Assembly (NCBI GenBank): GCA_037310415.1
Contig: CP147780.1
Location: 544,001-608,000 of the forward strand
Length of the DNA: 64,000 nucleotides
Source of the DNA: Candidatus Atabeyarchaeum deiterrae
GTDB taxonomy: Archaea > Asgardarchaeota > Atabeyarchaeia > Atabeyarchaeales > Atabeyarchaeaceae
Reading direction: 5' to 3'
Of this stretch, positions 1-11,329 are shown piece by piece. The notes under the pieces are model-generated. The model was given only the letters and a program-made list of their open reading frames with translations. It had not been told where the DNA came from and made no database searches. Each line of letters opens with the position of its first letter. Positions within the stretch are counted from its first letter, which is position 1. The position numbers and the translations under genes are program-made.

Positions 1-457
1 CTAGACCAAGCGCTTCTACCAACTCCCTACGTCCCATTGCGTTTGGTAGATCCCTCTTGTTGAGCATCATAAGCAGGGGAACTTCTTTGCCCAGACGATC
101 GCCGTAGGTCTCTTTCAGCTCCCTGAAGCTCTCCATGTTTTCGCTAAGGCGTTCACGCGAAGAATCAATAACGAATAGTACGCCGTCTGATTCCTTTGAC
201 ACGATCTGCCGTCTCGCCTTCTGAGTTGGTGAGCCGGCAACCGTGAACACGTTGAAGATCACCTTTCCAGAAGCGGACATCGGAGCATAATCAAAAAATA
301 TGGTTCGACCATCAGGACCCTCTATTGATGTGAACCCGCCCTTGGTCAGACCTTCTGAGTGGTTGTATATCCATCTGAGAGCCGTGGTTTTGCCAGACAT
401 CGATGGGCCCCAGAGAACCACCTTGAAATGAATCCTCCCTTTCTCATCCCGCTTCAC
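1..457 (-). CDS. MglA-like small GTPase (runs off the window start; not in the ORF track)
   Basis: Manual translation: FKVVLWGPSMSGKTT (G1), GRTIFFDY (MglA-type G2), FTVAGS (G3), NKRD (G4); GTG start at 457 lies 9 nt after GGGGG. Confidence 0.85.
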   Translation of the reverse strand, partial: MKRDEKGRIHFKVVLWGPSMSGKTTALRWIYNHSEGLTKGGFTSIEGPDGRTIFFDYAPMSASGKVIFNVFTVAGSPTQKARRQIVSKESDGVLFVIDSSRERLSENMESFRELKETYGDRLGKEVPLLMMLNKRDLPNAMGRRELVEALGL

Positions 458-817
458 TTTGACCAGCCCCCTATTTCCAAACCTATGTTGACACGACTGA
501 CTGTCTAGCGGTGACCGCTTTAGATAATTAGCACTAACAGCTACTTATACTATTAGGATTGAACTCACAAATAAATGTATCAATTCAGGCTACGAGCATT
601 CAATGTATAGAGAGACACAACTCTCTCAGGTCGCAGTGATGCCAATTGCCAATTCAGAGCGTCACCCATAAACGAACACGCAACGGTTCACCTAGTTGAG
701 CGGAACAAGATTTGATTGGGAAAACTCTATTAATCACCCGAGACAACATTAATAAGTCAAGTTTCGCAGACCTCTATTCCTCATCTTCTGATTCTTTCAT
801 GACGAAGAGGGAGAAGA

Positions 818-1096
818 ATGCAAGAAAAGTTATTTAATAGGATCTTGACTGTTGTGATTATCCTTTCCATTGTGGCTTTCGCTGCAGGTTGCGTTTATGT
901 CTTGCTTTCAGAGAGCGGTCTTACACTGAGGAAGTTTGCGGCTGTATGGCTGTTTGCATATGTTTTGGCAGTGACGCTGGGGTTCAAGGGAAGCATAGAA
1001 TCTCATAAGGATGGGCTGACAAGGTTTGCAGTCGAATGGTTAATCGCATGCGGCGCAGGAACAATCCTAGCTGGTCTAGTGATTATGTTTGGATAG
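818..1096 (+). CDS. small membrane protein (about 3 TM helices), hypothetical
   Basis: 92-aa hydrophobic ORF with a purine-rich RBS. Confidence 0.6.
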   Translation: MQEKLFNRILTVVIILSIVAFAAGCVYVLLSESGLTLRKFAAVWLFAYVLAVTLGFKGSIESHKDGLTRFAVEWLIACGAGTILAGLVIMFG

Positions 1097-1172
1097 ACAA
1101 TCTGTGCAAAACAACAGTAGCTTCCAGTAAGTAGTTTTGACGAAACTCCAAAAGCTTTGTATCTGGCGGTGA

Positions 1173-1862
1173 ATGGAAATGTCCACCAACATTATTCGTG
1201 GTGTCCACCCCACAAGAATGGAATTGATTCAGCTTCAACGAAGAAGAATACTCGCAGAGAAAGGACACGACTTGCTCAAAGAGAAGCGGGATGCTTTGAT
1301 CATGGAGTTTTTCAGCGCGTTAGAGGATATCAGAAAACTCAGAGGAGACGTCAACTCTGCACTTCAAGACGCATTCAGAGCATTGTTGGAATCAAAGATG
1401 ATACTGGGTCCTGCCAAGTTGAATGAGCTTTCTATGAATTTGCCATTTTCAGTACAGATCGATGTGGACACGAGAAACATAATGGGTGTAAGGGTTCCTA
1501 TACTTAGATCAAGAGAGGAAACAGTGGAGGAATCGGTTCCTTATAGCGTAGTCGACACGACGGCAAAAATGGATGAAGCAGTCAAGAAGTTTCGGGATAC
1601 AACCAAACTGATCATACGTCTGGCAGAAACCGAAACTGCAGTCAAGAAGCTGGCACAAGAAATCGATAAGACGAAGAGAAGAGTCAATGCGCTGAAGTAT
1701 ATCATTATCCCTAGAATAGGAAACACAATAAAATACATCCAGTTCCACCTGGAGGAAGTCGCCAGAGAAGACTTCTTCAGATTGAAGAGGATTAAGGCAA
1801 CACTTGAGAAAAGAGAATCAGTCAGCAAAACTCAGACAGCAGGCAATACCGAGGCCAGATAA
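1173..1862 (+). CDS. atpD: A/V-type ATP synthase subunit D
   Basis: PTRMEL...GHDLLKEKRDAL and KTKRRVNALKYIIIP motifs. Confidence 0.95.
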   Translation: MEMSTNIIRGVHPTRMELIQLQRRRILAEKGHDLLKEKRDALIMEFFSALEDIRKLRGDVNSALQDAFRALLESKMILGPAKLNELSMNLPFSVQIDVDTRNIMGVRVPILRSREETVEESVPYSVVDTTAKMDEAVKKFRDTTKLIIRLAETETAVKKLAQEIDKTKRRVNALKYIIIPRIGNTIKYIQFHLEEVAREDFFRLKRIKATLEKRESVSKTQTAGNTEAR

Positions 1863-1870
1863 TCCGTTCT

Positions 1871-2236
1871 CTACTTCTTTTGCATCTTCAAGGTTAGAAT
1901 AGCTTGCGCCAGATCGCCCTTAGAGTCAACAAGAGCAGAGCGAGCTTCATCAAGGCTCACTCCAACTTGATCAGCGACTAATTGAACGTCCTCGGAAGAT
2001 GCTTCTCCCGGACCACCTTGTCCCTCGCTGGTTCCTTCGACGGGAGTCCCAACTACCTGAAACACGTCGCGATCACCCGACTTCATGCGCGACACTTGTG
2101 GGTTCGGTATAACAAGTTCGCCTCCTGAAGCCATTCGGAAGACTACCTCAGTAACGTTTTCAAGTTCCTCAAGTTTCAGTCCCATTCTGCCCATGAGTCT
2201 GCGCATTGTTCTGGGATCCATTTTCCGAGGGAACAT
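1871..2236 (-). CDS. nac: nascent polypeptide-associated complex protein (archaeal NAC)
   Basis: MRRLMGRMGL N-terminus; C-terminal UBA-like EDVQLVADQVGVS...GDLAQAI. Confidence 0.93.
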   Translation of the reverse strand: MFPRKMDPRTMRRLMGRMGLKLEELENVTEVVFRMASGGELVIPNPQVSRMKSGDRDVFQVVGTPVEGTSEGQGGPGEASSEDVQLVADQVGVSLDEARSALVDSKGDLAQAILTLKMQKK

Positions 2237-2720
2237 CTTTACTATTCACACCTCTTCTGACCTTGATAGCGATGCCATGCTTAAATCTTTTGGCTTCCTC
2301 ACTTGACAGGAGTGACCGTCCGACGGCCAAAACACGTGATGCCTCAGACGTGACAATGGTTTCGCTTGAGGGATGAACCCAATTTGACGAACCTGCCACA
2401 TGCTTGGCAAATACGTTCCCTCCCCTGGATATTGGCAAAATGAATTCATCTTTGATTGTAATGCAGGGGCAGTCGTCCCTGCCCACCAGTCTTCTGGCAC
2501 CCTCCATAGAAAGGGAAAAGGTGCCACTCCTTGGATTAAGAGTCGCTATGTGACTCTTACCCTCACTAATCTCCTTTATCTTCCCTGTCTTTCTTGAGAT
2601 CGAGACATCTTCCACACGTGGAAACAAGGAAGACCCAATACTCGAAGAGAACTGGTAATCAGCAATCATTCGAATCCTTCTAAGTGCCCAATAATCGGTT
2701 TCTTTTATCAACATAGGCAC
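2169..2720 (-). CDS. PUA-domain RNA-binding protein (archaeosine TGT C-terminal-like)
   Basis: IADYQF, SRKTGKI, GNVFAKHV and GIAIKVRRG motifs. Confidence 0.85.
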   Translation of the reverse strand: MPMLIKETDYWALRRIRMIADYQFSSSIGSSLFPRVEDVSISRKTGKIKEISEGKSHIATLNPRSGTFSLSMEGARRLVGRDDCPCITIKDEFILPISRGGNVFAKHVAGSSNWVHPSSETIVTSEASRVLAVGRSLLSSEEAKRFKHGIAIKVRRGVNSKDVPSENGSQNNAQTHGQNGTET

Positions 2721-2741
2721 CAGATTATCGATGAATCAAGA

Positions 2742-3947
2742 TCACCCGTACATTCCGTTGCATGAGTCACTTCCAGATGTGGAGTAACCTAATACCTTCG
2801 ACACAGCCTTCTCAAAATCAGCTTGCTGCACTTTGTGGCGAAACTCTCTAATTGCAAACATGCCTGATTCGGTACATATGGATTTAATGTCAGCCCCCGT
2901 CGCACCGTCAGTGATCTTCACCATATTATTAAAGTCAACATCGTCGGTCAGACTCATTCTCCTGGTGTGGATTCGGAATATCTCAAGACGCGCATTCTCA
3001 TCTGGAAACGGAAACTCAATTACGCGATCAAAACGTCCAGGGCGAAGAAGTGCTGGGTCTAGTATATCGGGACGATTAGTCGCTCCTATTACTCTTACGT
3101 CCCCACGAGCATCGAAGCCATCAAGTACGCTTAGTAACTGCATTAGGGTCCTTTGAACCTCTCGATCACCACTTGTTGCAACTTCAAGTCTCCTGCTTGC
3201 AACGGCGTCGATTTCGTCTATGAAGACAATACTAGGTGACTTTTCTCTGGCGAGTTGGAAAACTTCTCTCACCAACCGAGCACCTTCACCTATGAATTTC
3301 TGGACAAATTCCGAACCAATCACTCTTAGAAAGGTGGATTTTGTTTCTCTTGCAACAGCTCTCGCGACTAAAGTTTTTCCCGATCCTGGGGGACCGCACA
3401 ACAGTACGCCGTTAGGCGGATCTATTCCGATCTCTTCAAATGCCTCAGGGTGTGTGAGTGGAAGTTCAACGGTCTCTCTGATTTCTAGTATCTGCTCATT
3501 CAGTCCACCAATATCGTTGTAAGTAACGGGGGGAGATACTTCGACTTCCATGCTGCGAACAAAAGGATCTTTGGTCTGAGGTAGAATCTCAACTATCGAG
3601 AGAGTTCTTTGGTTCAGGGCGACCCTAGTACCTGGAAACAGCGCGTTCTTGGGGATGCTCTTCGACACATATACGACGAAGTTTGGACCAGTGGAGCTTT
3701 TTACTACTGCTCGTCCATCTTCCATTATGTCGGTTAATTGAGCAGCAATCAAGGGTGGCTGCCTTGCCTTTTCGATCTCGGTTCTAAGTGAGTGCAGTTC
3801 TCTTTCGAGTCTCGTTCTTTCAGCATCGACTAACTGTTTCTCAGTTTCAAGTGAACGAACTTTTCTTTCAAGGTGTCTTGTGTAAGAGGACAAATATGAT
3901 TCCTCAACGTTGTTGTAGACTCTTTTCTTGGAACCTGATTCTATCAT
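2742..3947 (-). CDS. pan: proteasome-activating nucleotidase (AAA+)
   Basis: N-terminal coiled coil, [28 protein letters not shown]-terminal HbYX (MYG); likely start MIESG at 3947. Confidence 0.96.
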   Translation of the reverse strand: MIESGSKKRVYNNVEESYLSSYTRHLERKVRSLETEKQLVDAERTRLERELHSLRTEIEKARQPPLIAAQLTDIMEDGRAVVKSSTGPNFVVYVSKSIPKNALFPGTRVALNQRTLSIVEILPQTKDPFVRSMEVEVSPPVTYNDIGGLNEQILEIRETVELPLTHPEAFEEIGIDPPNGVLLCGPPGSGKTLVARAVARETKSTFLRVIGSEFVQKFIGEGARLVREVFQLAREKSPSIVFIDEIDAVASRRLEVATSGDREVQRTLMQLLSVLDGFDARGDVRVIGATNRPDILDPALLRPGRFDRVIEFPFPDENARLEIFRIHTRRMSLTDDVDFNNMVKITDGATGADIKSICTESGMFAIREFRHKVQQADFEKAVSKVLGYSTSGSDSCNGMYG

Positions 3948-4131
3948 GTCAGGCAAAACGAAGCCTCCACAGGTCACGATGAGTAAGATTGGCATCGTGC
4001 CGATTACCAGAAAGTAGATAAACCCAACCTTATTAATTCTTTTGTTACTAAACGAAAAATCACGAGCTTGTCGATGAGACATTTCATGCGTGATGGTCGA
4101 TTCAGATTATGGCATTGGGAGGCAGACTCTC

Positions 4132-4665
4132 TTGAGGTGCGAGATCTGTGGGGAGGAAGTGGCTGAGAGGGGAACTATGATAGATGTCGAGGGAGCGAAG
4201 CTTTTCGTTTGCTGGCAATGCAGGAAATTCGGCGAAGAGGTTAAGAGACGACCAAGCAAGCCCTCTGCGCAATCCGTCCAGCGATCTGCAAAGACTCCAG
4301 TCCAGAACATAAGGAGGACTGTCAAACCAAGAGTTGAACGTGTGAGAGAGACAAGGCAAGCATCTCCAGACCTTGAATTAGTTGAGGATTATCCTCAGCG
4401 GATTAGGCGCGCACGTGAGTCGCTCAACCTAACTCAGGAAGACTTGGCTAAGAGAATAGGGGAGAGACTTTCGATAGTTCAGAAATTAGAGACGGGTAAG
4501 ATGTGGCCATCTGATACACTTGTCGAAAAATTAGGAAGGATTCTTCGACTAACGCTGAGAGCACCAGTTGAAGAGGAGTCAGTTCCCCATCAATACAAAC
4601 GAACTAGCTCGGAGTTGACTATTGGAGACATAGCCGAGCCTGTTGACAAGAAGAAAGCCGACTAA
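4132..4665 (+). CDS. mbf1: archaeal multiprotein bridging factor 1 (Zn ribbon + HTH)
   Basis: CEICG...VCWQC, IRRARESLNLTQEDLA, LTIGD; TTG start after GGAGG. Confidence 0.92.
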   Translation: MRCEICGEEVAERGTMIDVEGAKLFVCWQCRKFGEEVKRRPSKPSAQSVQRSAKTPVQNIRRTVKPRVERVRETRQASPDLELVEDYPQRIRRARESLNLTQEDLAKRIGERLSIVQKLETGKMWPSDTLVEKLGRILRLTLRAPVEEESVPHQYKRTSSELTIGDIAEPVDKKKAD

Positions 4666-5195
4666 GTGTCTTTTTTGATAACTTCCTTTCCTCTTGCGCG
4701 AGGTAGTATGCTGATCTTGGCTCCGGGATACTCCTTTTTGAATTCGTCACCTTGAAGCAGTTCGTGTAGGAAAACTGCCAAAGCTGAAACCTCACTATGA
4801 GGCTGATTCGTTATCGAAACATTCCAGTCAGCCAGCGAATAGAGTTCGCCTGGGACTTTCTGGCCTCCGACGACGATCAGCAATTCCTTATCGCAGGACC
4901 TAATCTCCTCAATTACATCGTGCAAGTCAAGCCCGTACATGGTTAAGTGGACTAGCTTCCCAGTTAGTCTCCAGTTACTTAGAAACGCCTTCCATGACTT
5001 CACATATTCAATTGTGAATTCGCCGCCCCAGTTTGAGATGACTTTGCGTACGCTGTCCTCGAATTTCGGATCCTTGTCACCCGAGAAGAACATTTCGTTG
5101 GCACCAAATGCCCGGGCAGCAAGAGCAACGTGAGTTGAGATTCTTGGATCTCGACCCTTTCTGTGACCCATTCTGAATACACAAATGTTCTTCAA
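4662..5195 (-). CDS. trm56: tRNA (cytidine56-2'-O)-methyltransferase aTrm56
   Basis: GHRKGRDPRISTHVALAARAFGA, VHLTMYG, NQPHSEV. Confidence 0.95.
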   Translation of the reverse strand: MKNICVFRMGHRKGRDPRISTHVALAARAFGANEMFFSGDKDPKFEDSVRKVISNWGGEFTIEYVKSWKAFLSNWRLTGKLVHLTMYGLDLHDVIEEIRSCDKELLIVVGGQKVPGELYSLADWNVSITNQPHSEVSALAVFLHELLQGDEFKKEYPGAKISILPRARGKEVIKKDT

Positions 5196-5412
5196 GTGTT
5201 AACCACCGAGAGCCAAACGCAAGCAATGTAAGCGATTCTTGGTAATATACGTATCTTCAGTTGAACGGTGAGTTATGTGAACGTTTCGAGTTAGATATAT
5301 TTTTTAAGTAATCAAACCATATTATTATTGAAGACACGAATGCAGAGAAGGTTATTAGAGAGCTGTGCAACAAAAGAGCTAATTGATGGATTAAAAAGAG
5401 GTATAGGCGCCA

Positions 5413-5931
5413 ATGACTGGTAAACCCTCCAATACCGACGACATTGTTGTCTCTATCATAGGAGAGATAGGTGGGGAGGAAGCTGTCAAGGTAGCGTCCG
5501 CGTTATCAAATGAAGAGGAGACCACGGATGAGAAGATAGCGGGATGCACTGGCATGCGACTGAATGCAGTACGGAAGGTCTTGTACAGGTTACATGAGAA
5601 TCATCTTGCTTCCTATCGCAGAACTAGGGATAGTAATACGGGATGGTTTGTGTATTTTTGGAAGCTTAACCCTGAGAAGATAGCTGACCTGATAAGTGAC
5701 AGGAAGAGGCTCGTGCTTCGCAAGCTTAGAGAAAGGCTATCTTATGAGAAGGAGCATATATTCTTTCACTGTGGGAATGAGCAATGCCAAAGATGCACCT
5801 TTGATGAAGCAGTAGAGCTCTCGTTCCAATGCCCCACTTGCAAGAGTCCTTTGCAGTTCCATGGGAATAATGGCATTGTGGGAGTTTTGGAAGATAAAGT
5901 AAGAAAGCTCGAAGTAGACACAAACGCCTAG
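5413..5931 (+). CDS. tfe: transcription factor E alpha
   Basis: wHTH (VRKVLYRL...TGWFVYFW) plus Zn ribbon (FQCPTC). Confidence 0.95.
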   Translation: MTGKPSNTDDIVVSIIGEIGGEEAVKVASALSNEEETTDEKIAGCTGMRLNAVRKVLYRLHENHLASYRRTRDSNTGWFVYFWKLNPEKIADLISDRKRLVLRKLRERLSYEKEHIFFHCGNEQCQRCTFDEAVELSFQCPTCKSPLQFHGNNGIVGVLEDKVRKLEVDTNA

Positions 5932-5980
5932 ACGCAACTCTAATAAGTGCTCATAAACAAAGGTCGAATGCTACAGTCTA

Positions 5981-6089
5981 GGGCGGGTGATCTAGCCTGG
6001 TTATGATGCCGCGCTTACAACGCGGTAGAAGTTACTATCAAATAAAATAGCTTCCGCGAAAATCGCCGGTTCAAATCCGGCCCCGCCCA
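5981..6089 (+). tRNA. tRNA-Val(UAC) with a 34-nt intron at 44/45 (6027-6060)
   Basis: GGGCGGG/CCCGCCC acceptor; CCGCG-CTTACAA-CGCGG anticodon arm; GCCGG-TTCAAAT-CCGGC T arm; HBh' motif CGCG/CGCG plus GAAG/CTTC. Confidence 0.9.
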
Positions 6090-6415
6090 CTATCGGCAGA
6101 ATTCAAGAGTTCTAGCAAAAAAGAGAGGGGATTCGGACTTCAGTCTTACGTTAGTCGTCGGCTAGTAGGGAAGAGGAGGGGAACCGCCACCCGGAGGATG
6201 GCATCTCAAGGGCATTGGTTTGAGCAGAGATCTTGACACGACGACAAACAAGGATGGGATCTTCTTTTCGCGTTCAGCCATTGTCTTTCACTCTCTCAGG
6301 TGTTTTGATCCAAAGTCCTGAGAGAACGTATTTGAACGCCACCATCAAGGTGAGACATGGTTGACCACTCACATAGGATAGCATGGGATCGAATAGATCT
6401 CGCAAAGTTTTGAGA

Positions 6416-6520
6416 TGGCGCCGGGGACGGGATTTGAACCCGCGCGACCCGTAAGAGTCACGGGCTCTCCTGTACGGACTGACTCAAGGCCCGCGCCGTA
6501 GTCCGCTTGGCTACCCCGGC
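6416..6520 (-). tRNA. tRNA-Ser(UGA) with a 16-nt canonical 37/38 intron (6467-6482), CCA encoded
   Basis: GCCGGGG/CCCCGGC acceptor, long variable arm, CGGGC-CTTGAG^A-GCCCG, central helix CTTG/CAGG. Confidence 0.92.
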
Positions 6521-6703
6521 ATACAATCTCTGCTAGCCTTTCAACAAGAAGAAACGTATTTCAATATAAGGGGGTTGCCCCTTTAAAAAACATGTCTAGC
6601 ACACAACAAAGCCAATAAGATGGCTAGTAGAGTGACCGAGGGACAAAGTCTTCAGCGAACAAGGAGCCGATCAGATTGAAGCCAAACCGACCCATCAGAC
6701 CCA

Positions 6704-7021
6704 CTACACTATCTCGATCTCTATGTACACGTCTTCTGGTATTCTGATTCGCATTATCTGTCTCATAGTTCTCTCGTCGGCATCCAGATCTATCAGCCTT
6801 TTGTGAACGCGCATCTGCCACTTATCCCAAGTATGAGTGCCTTCTCCGCAGGGTGATTTCCTCGTGGGAACCAATAGACGCTTGGTGGGAAGAGGTACTG
6901 GTCCAGCTATGCGTGTCCCTGTTTTGATCGCAATATTCTTGACTTGCTTGCAAACATCATCGAGTTTTGCTGAGCTTGTGCTCGACAGCTTTATTTTCGC
7001 TTTTTGAACCATGATACCCAC
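6704..7021 (-). CDS. rpsJ: 30S ribosomal protein uS10
   Basis: [10 protein letters not shown]...[26 protein letters not shown]. Confidence 0.97.
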   Translation of the reverse strand: MGIMVQKAKIKLSSTSSAKLDDVCKQVKNIAIKTGTRIAGPVPLPTKRLLVPTRKSPCGEGTHTWDKWQMRVHKRLIDLDADERTMRQIMRIRIPEDVYIEIEIV

Positions 7022-7072
7022 CAGTATCCATGCCTATACTCCCGTGAAGACCAAACATGAAAAGTTGGGGGA

Positions 7073-8389
7073 CTAGGTCTTATCAGCTTTCACGACATCT
7101 TTCACGATGCCAACAGCGACCGTGATCCCCATATCTCTTATCGCGAAACGCCCAAGCTGTGGAAAGTCAGCGAACTTCTCTATTACAAGGGGTCTCATAG
7201 GAATCAGCTTCACAACTGCATTGTCCTTTGCTTTGATGAAGTCTGGGTTGTCCTGTATCACTTGTCCTGTTCGTGGATCTATTTTGGACACTAGTTTCTC
7301 AAACTTGCAGGCTACAGTAGCAGTATGGGCGTGCAGGACTGGAGTGTAGCCAGCAGCTATGCTCGTGGGGTGTTGAATGACTACGATCTGTCCTGTAAAT
7401 TCCTTCACAACCGTCGGAGGATTGTTCGGAGAACCTGCGACGTGTCCTCTCCTTATATCTGCCCGATCGATGCCCCTAACGTTGAAGCCAATGTTGTCAC
7501 CAGGAACGGCCTGTTCCAATCGTTCGTGGTGCATCTCAATACTCTTGACTTCACCCTTGGCTCCTCCAGGCATGAAAATCAAAGTCTCTCCAGATTTGAG
7601 GATTCCTGTCTCGACGCGTCCCACTGGAACAGTGCCAGCTCCACTGATTGAGTACACGTCCTGAAGTGGGATTCTAAGTGGTTTGTCGATTGGCTTAGGC
7701 GGTACAACCAACGCGTCCAATGCCTGAACAATTGTTTGACCCTTATACCAAGCCATCTTGCTGCTAAGCTCCATCAGGTTTTCTCCCAGCCAAGCAGACA
7801 CTGGTATGAATGGAATCTTCTCAAGTTTATATCCTACAACCTTGAGTAGATCTGACATCTCCTTCTTTATTTCATCGTATCTGTCCTTGCTATAGTTGAC
7901 TGTCTGGTCATCCATTTTGTTTAAAGCGACGATTAGCTGACCCACGCCAAGTGTAAAGGCCAAGTATGCGTGTTCTCGTGTCTGCCCTCCAGGCCCGACT
8001 CCAGATTCGAATTCGCCTTTCTTTGCTGAGATCACCAGTATTGCGGCATCGGCCTGACTGGCTCCAGTTATCATATTCTTAACGAAGTCCCTGTGGCCAG
8101 GCGCATCAATGATTGTGAAATAATACTTGTCGGTCTGGAACTTCTGGAACATTATGTCTATGGTAACTCCTCTTTCTCGCTCTTCCTTGAGCCTATCCAT
8201 GACCCAGGCGATGTATTCCGATCCTTTGCCGATCTTCTCCGCTTCAGTTTTGAAAGTCTCTAGAGTACGTTTGTCGACGGCACCTTTCTTAACGAGAAGC
8301 TGACCACCAAGTGTACTCTTCCCATGGTCGATATGTCCGATCACTATCAAGTTAATGTGTGGTTTCTTTTCAGACATTTCTGTATCCAT
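7073..8389 (-). CDS. tuf: elongation factor 1-alpha
   Basis: [34 protein letters not shown]. Confidence 0.98.
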   Translation of the reverse strand: MDTEMSEKKPHINLIVIGHIDHGKSTLGGQLLVKKGAVDKRTLETFKTEAEKIGKGSEYIAWVMDRLKEERERGVTIDIMFQKFQTDKYYFTIIDAPGHRDFVKNMITGASQADAAILVISAKKGEFESGVGPGGQTREHAYLAFTLGVGQLIVALNKMDDQTVNYSKDRYDEIKKEMSDLLKVVGYKLEKIPFIPVSAWLGENLMELSSKMAWYKGQTIVQALDALVVPPKPIDKPLRIPLQDVYSISGAGTVPVGRVETGILKSGETLIFMPGGAKGEVKSIEMHHERLEQAVPGDNIGFNVRGIDRADIRRGHVAGSPNNPPTVVKEFTGQIVVIQHPTSIAAGYTPVLHAHTATVACKFEKLVSKIDPRTGQVIQDNPDFIKAKDNAVVKLIPMRPLVIEKFADFPQLGRFAIRDMGITVAVGIVKDVVKADKT

Positions 8390-8485
8390 TCCTCCGATGT
8401 ACTCGATAAATTCAGCTCTGTCGTTCAGTCAGATTGAAGCTATCATTACCAAGTTAAGAGTTTATAATTTTGATGATTTTTTCCC

Positions 8486-8499
8486 TTATAAAGGTTTTT
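8486..8499 (-). promoter_or_regulatory. putative BRE/TATA promoter for EF-1alpha-uS10
   Basis: AAAAACC-TTTATAA on the minus strand in the uS7-tuf intergenic region. Confidence 0.4.
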
Positions 8500-8609
8500 G
8501 GTAGAGAGACCTGCGAATAGAAAACCATTCGGCTTGTTTCGGCAATTAAGCAAGAACGGAGATCTTCCATTCATCAAGCAACCCAGGTATGATCCTCTGA
8601 CCAAGACAA

Positions 8610-9176
8610 CTATCTAGCCGAAAGAGCTATTCTCTCCTTCTCATCCTTCTTCTGTATCGCGTGGGCTTTGGGATTCTTTGTAGCGACTGCCATTATCTCA
8701 TCGGCGAGACATTCGTCTATCGTCTTCGGGTTCTTGAACGATGCAGACGATGCTCCCGCTATGATGAATCTCATTGCGAGATCGATGCGCCGTTGTGGTG
8801 CAACGTCGACGGACTGATGATAGACTATTCCACCGTAGCTGATTCTGGTCGTCTCTTCTCGTGGCGCGGCGTTCTCTATCGCTTGAACCAAAACCTTCAC
8901 TGGATTCTCACCAGTCTTCAGTTCAATTATCTCAAAGGCTGATTTCACTATGTTTGTGGCCAGGTGCTTCTTTCCAGTGTTTGCGCCAGTTTTCATTAGA
9001 CGATTCAGAAAGCGTTCCACTATTGGCATCTGTGATTTTCCGAATTTGCTGTGCTCATGCCGACCCCCAGTGTGTGGAATGTACACCGGCTTTAGCGAGA
9101 TATATTTCCTCAAACCTACGTCGTTCACTTTGATATCTTTGAAATCCCACTTGCCAAAAAGTTTTGGTTCTGACAA
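8610..9176 (-). CDS. rpsG: 30S ribosomal protein uS7
   Basis: [33 protein letters not shown]. Confidence 0.97.
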   Translation of the reverse strand: MSEPKLFGKWDFKDIKVNDVGLRKYISLKPVYIPHTGGRHEHSKFGKSQMPIVERFLNRLMKTGANTGKKHLATNIVKSAFEIIELKTGENPVKVLVQAIENAAPREETTRISYGGIVYHQSVDVAPQRRIDLAMRFIIAGASSASFKNPKTIDECLADEIMAVATKNPKAHAIQKKDEKERIALSAR

Positions 9177-9265
9177 GCTAAACCACCAACTTGCATCTGT
9201 AATCTCGATTGCATATTAAGCGAGTTTGCCTTATTTGTTTTCCCTTAGGAATAGTCTCAATTCCG

Positions 9266-9703
9266 CTATGTTATTACCACATCATTTATGCCAAAGTGTC
9301 TGACAGCGAGGAGCCGAGCTCGTGCAACGTTCTTTCCATTTTTTCCTATGGCTAAACCCCTATCCTTAGGCTCCACTGTTACGACAGCGATTCTGTGCCC
9401 CTCCTTCTTCTCCGTTATCTTCACCGATTTTATGCGTGCAGGAGCGAGTGTGTTCTTAACGAAATCTTCGGGCGATTCGGAGTACTCTACAATCTCGACC
9501 TCCTTGCGCAATACCTCCTCAACGCGTCTGACATTGGAGCCCTTCTTTCCAATCGCCAGACCAATATCCCCTGCCTTTATTACGAAGATCACTCTGCTAC
9601 TCTTCTCATCTACTACCACATCTTTAGCAGTGGCACCCGTGACCCCTTCGAACAACCTAATATACTGAATCAAATCAGTTGTCAATACGACTCCACTATT
9701 CAT
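9266..9703 (-). CDS. nusA: NusA-like transcription factor (two KH domains)
   Basis: GLAIGKKGSNV and GLAIGKNGKNV KH motifs; conserved position. Confidence 0.95.
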   Translation of the reverse strand: MNSGVVLTTDLIQYIRLFEGVTGATAKDVVVDEKSSRVIFVIKAGDIGLAIGKKGSNVRRVEEVLRKEVEIVEYSESPEDFVKNTLAPARIKSVKITEKKEGHRIAVVTVEPKDRGLAIGKNGKNVARARLLAVRHFGINDVVIT

Positions 9704-10067
9704 GCCTACGTCCTCCAGCCGCGATTTGCAGAATGTTAGAATCTCCTGGTTCTTTGATACCCATGGTTGATGTCATGAATGGTTTTCCACAGGTTGATCC
9801 AAGATCCCATGATGATGATCTAAACTCATATACGGGAATCTGCGACAAATTGCCATAGTATTCGATCTGCGACCGAATATCTTCTGGGCAATTCTTTGCA
9901 ATTATGACGAGTCTGACTTTTCCTTTCTTGACAGCGTTGAGAGTGCTCTCAAAGCCGAAAGTCACTGCGCCTGTTTTGACGGCAATTCGAATAGATTTTG
10001 ATATGTCTTGTTTTTCCGATGTCGTCGGCTGTTCTTGCCTGCTGCTCTTTGGAATACTTTTTGGCAT
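9696..10067 (-). CDS. rpl30e: 50S ribosomal protein eL30
   Basis: AVKTG, IIAKNCP, LGSTCGKPF, PGDSNIL. Confidence 0.96.
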   Translation of the reverse strand: MPKSIPKSSRQEQPTTSEKQDISKSIRIAVKTGAVTFGFESTLNAVKKGKVRLVIIAKNCPEDIRSQIEYYGNLSQIPVYEFRSSSWDLGSTCGKPFMTSTMGIKEPGDSNILQIAAGGRRHE

Positions 10068-10132
10068 TCTGCTACACTTCCTTCAGCATACGTTCTCTTG
10101 TTCCTCCAGAATGACCTGCAAATAGGTTATTG

Positions 10133-11329
<1,197 letters not shown>

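Noticed and set aside
3948-4082. Apparent N-terminal TM extension on PAN
   Set aside because: It falls in the divergent PAN/MBF1 promoter region; the start at ATG 3947 gives a normal-length PAN
6090-6415. RNase P or SRP RNA in the tRNA spacer
   Set aside because: No GAGGAAAGUCC-type P4 motif or SRP helix-8 motif on either strand
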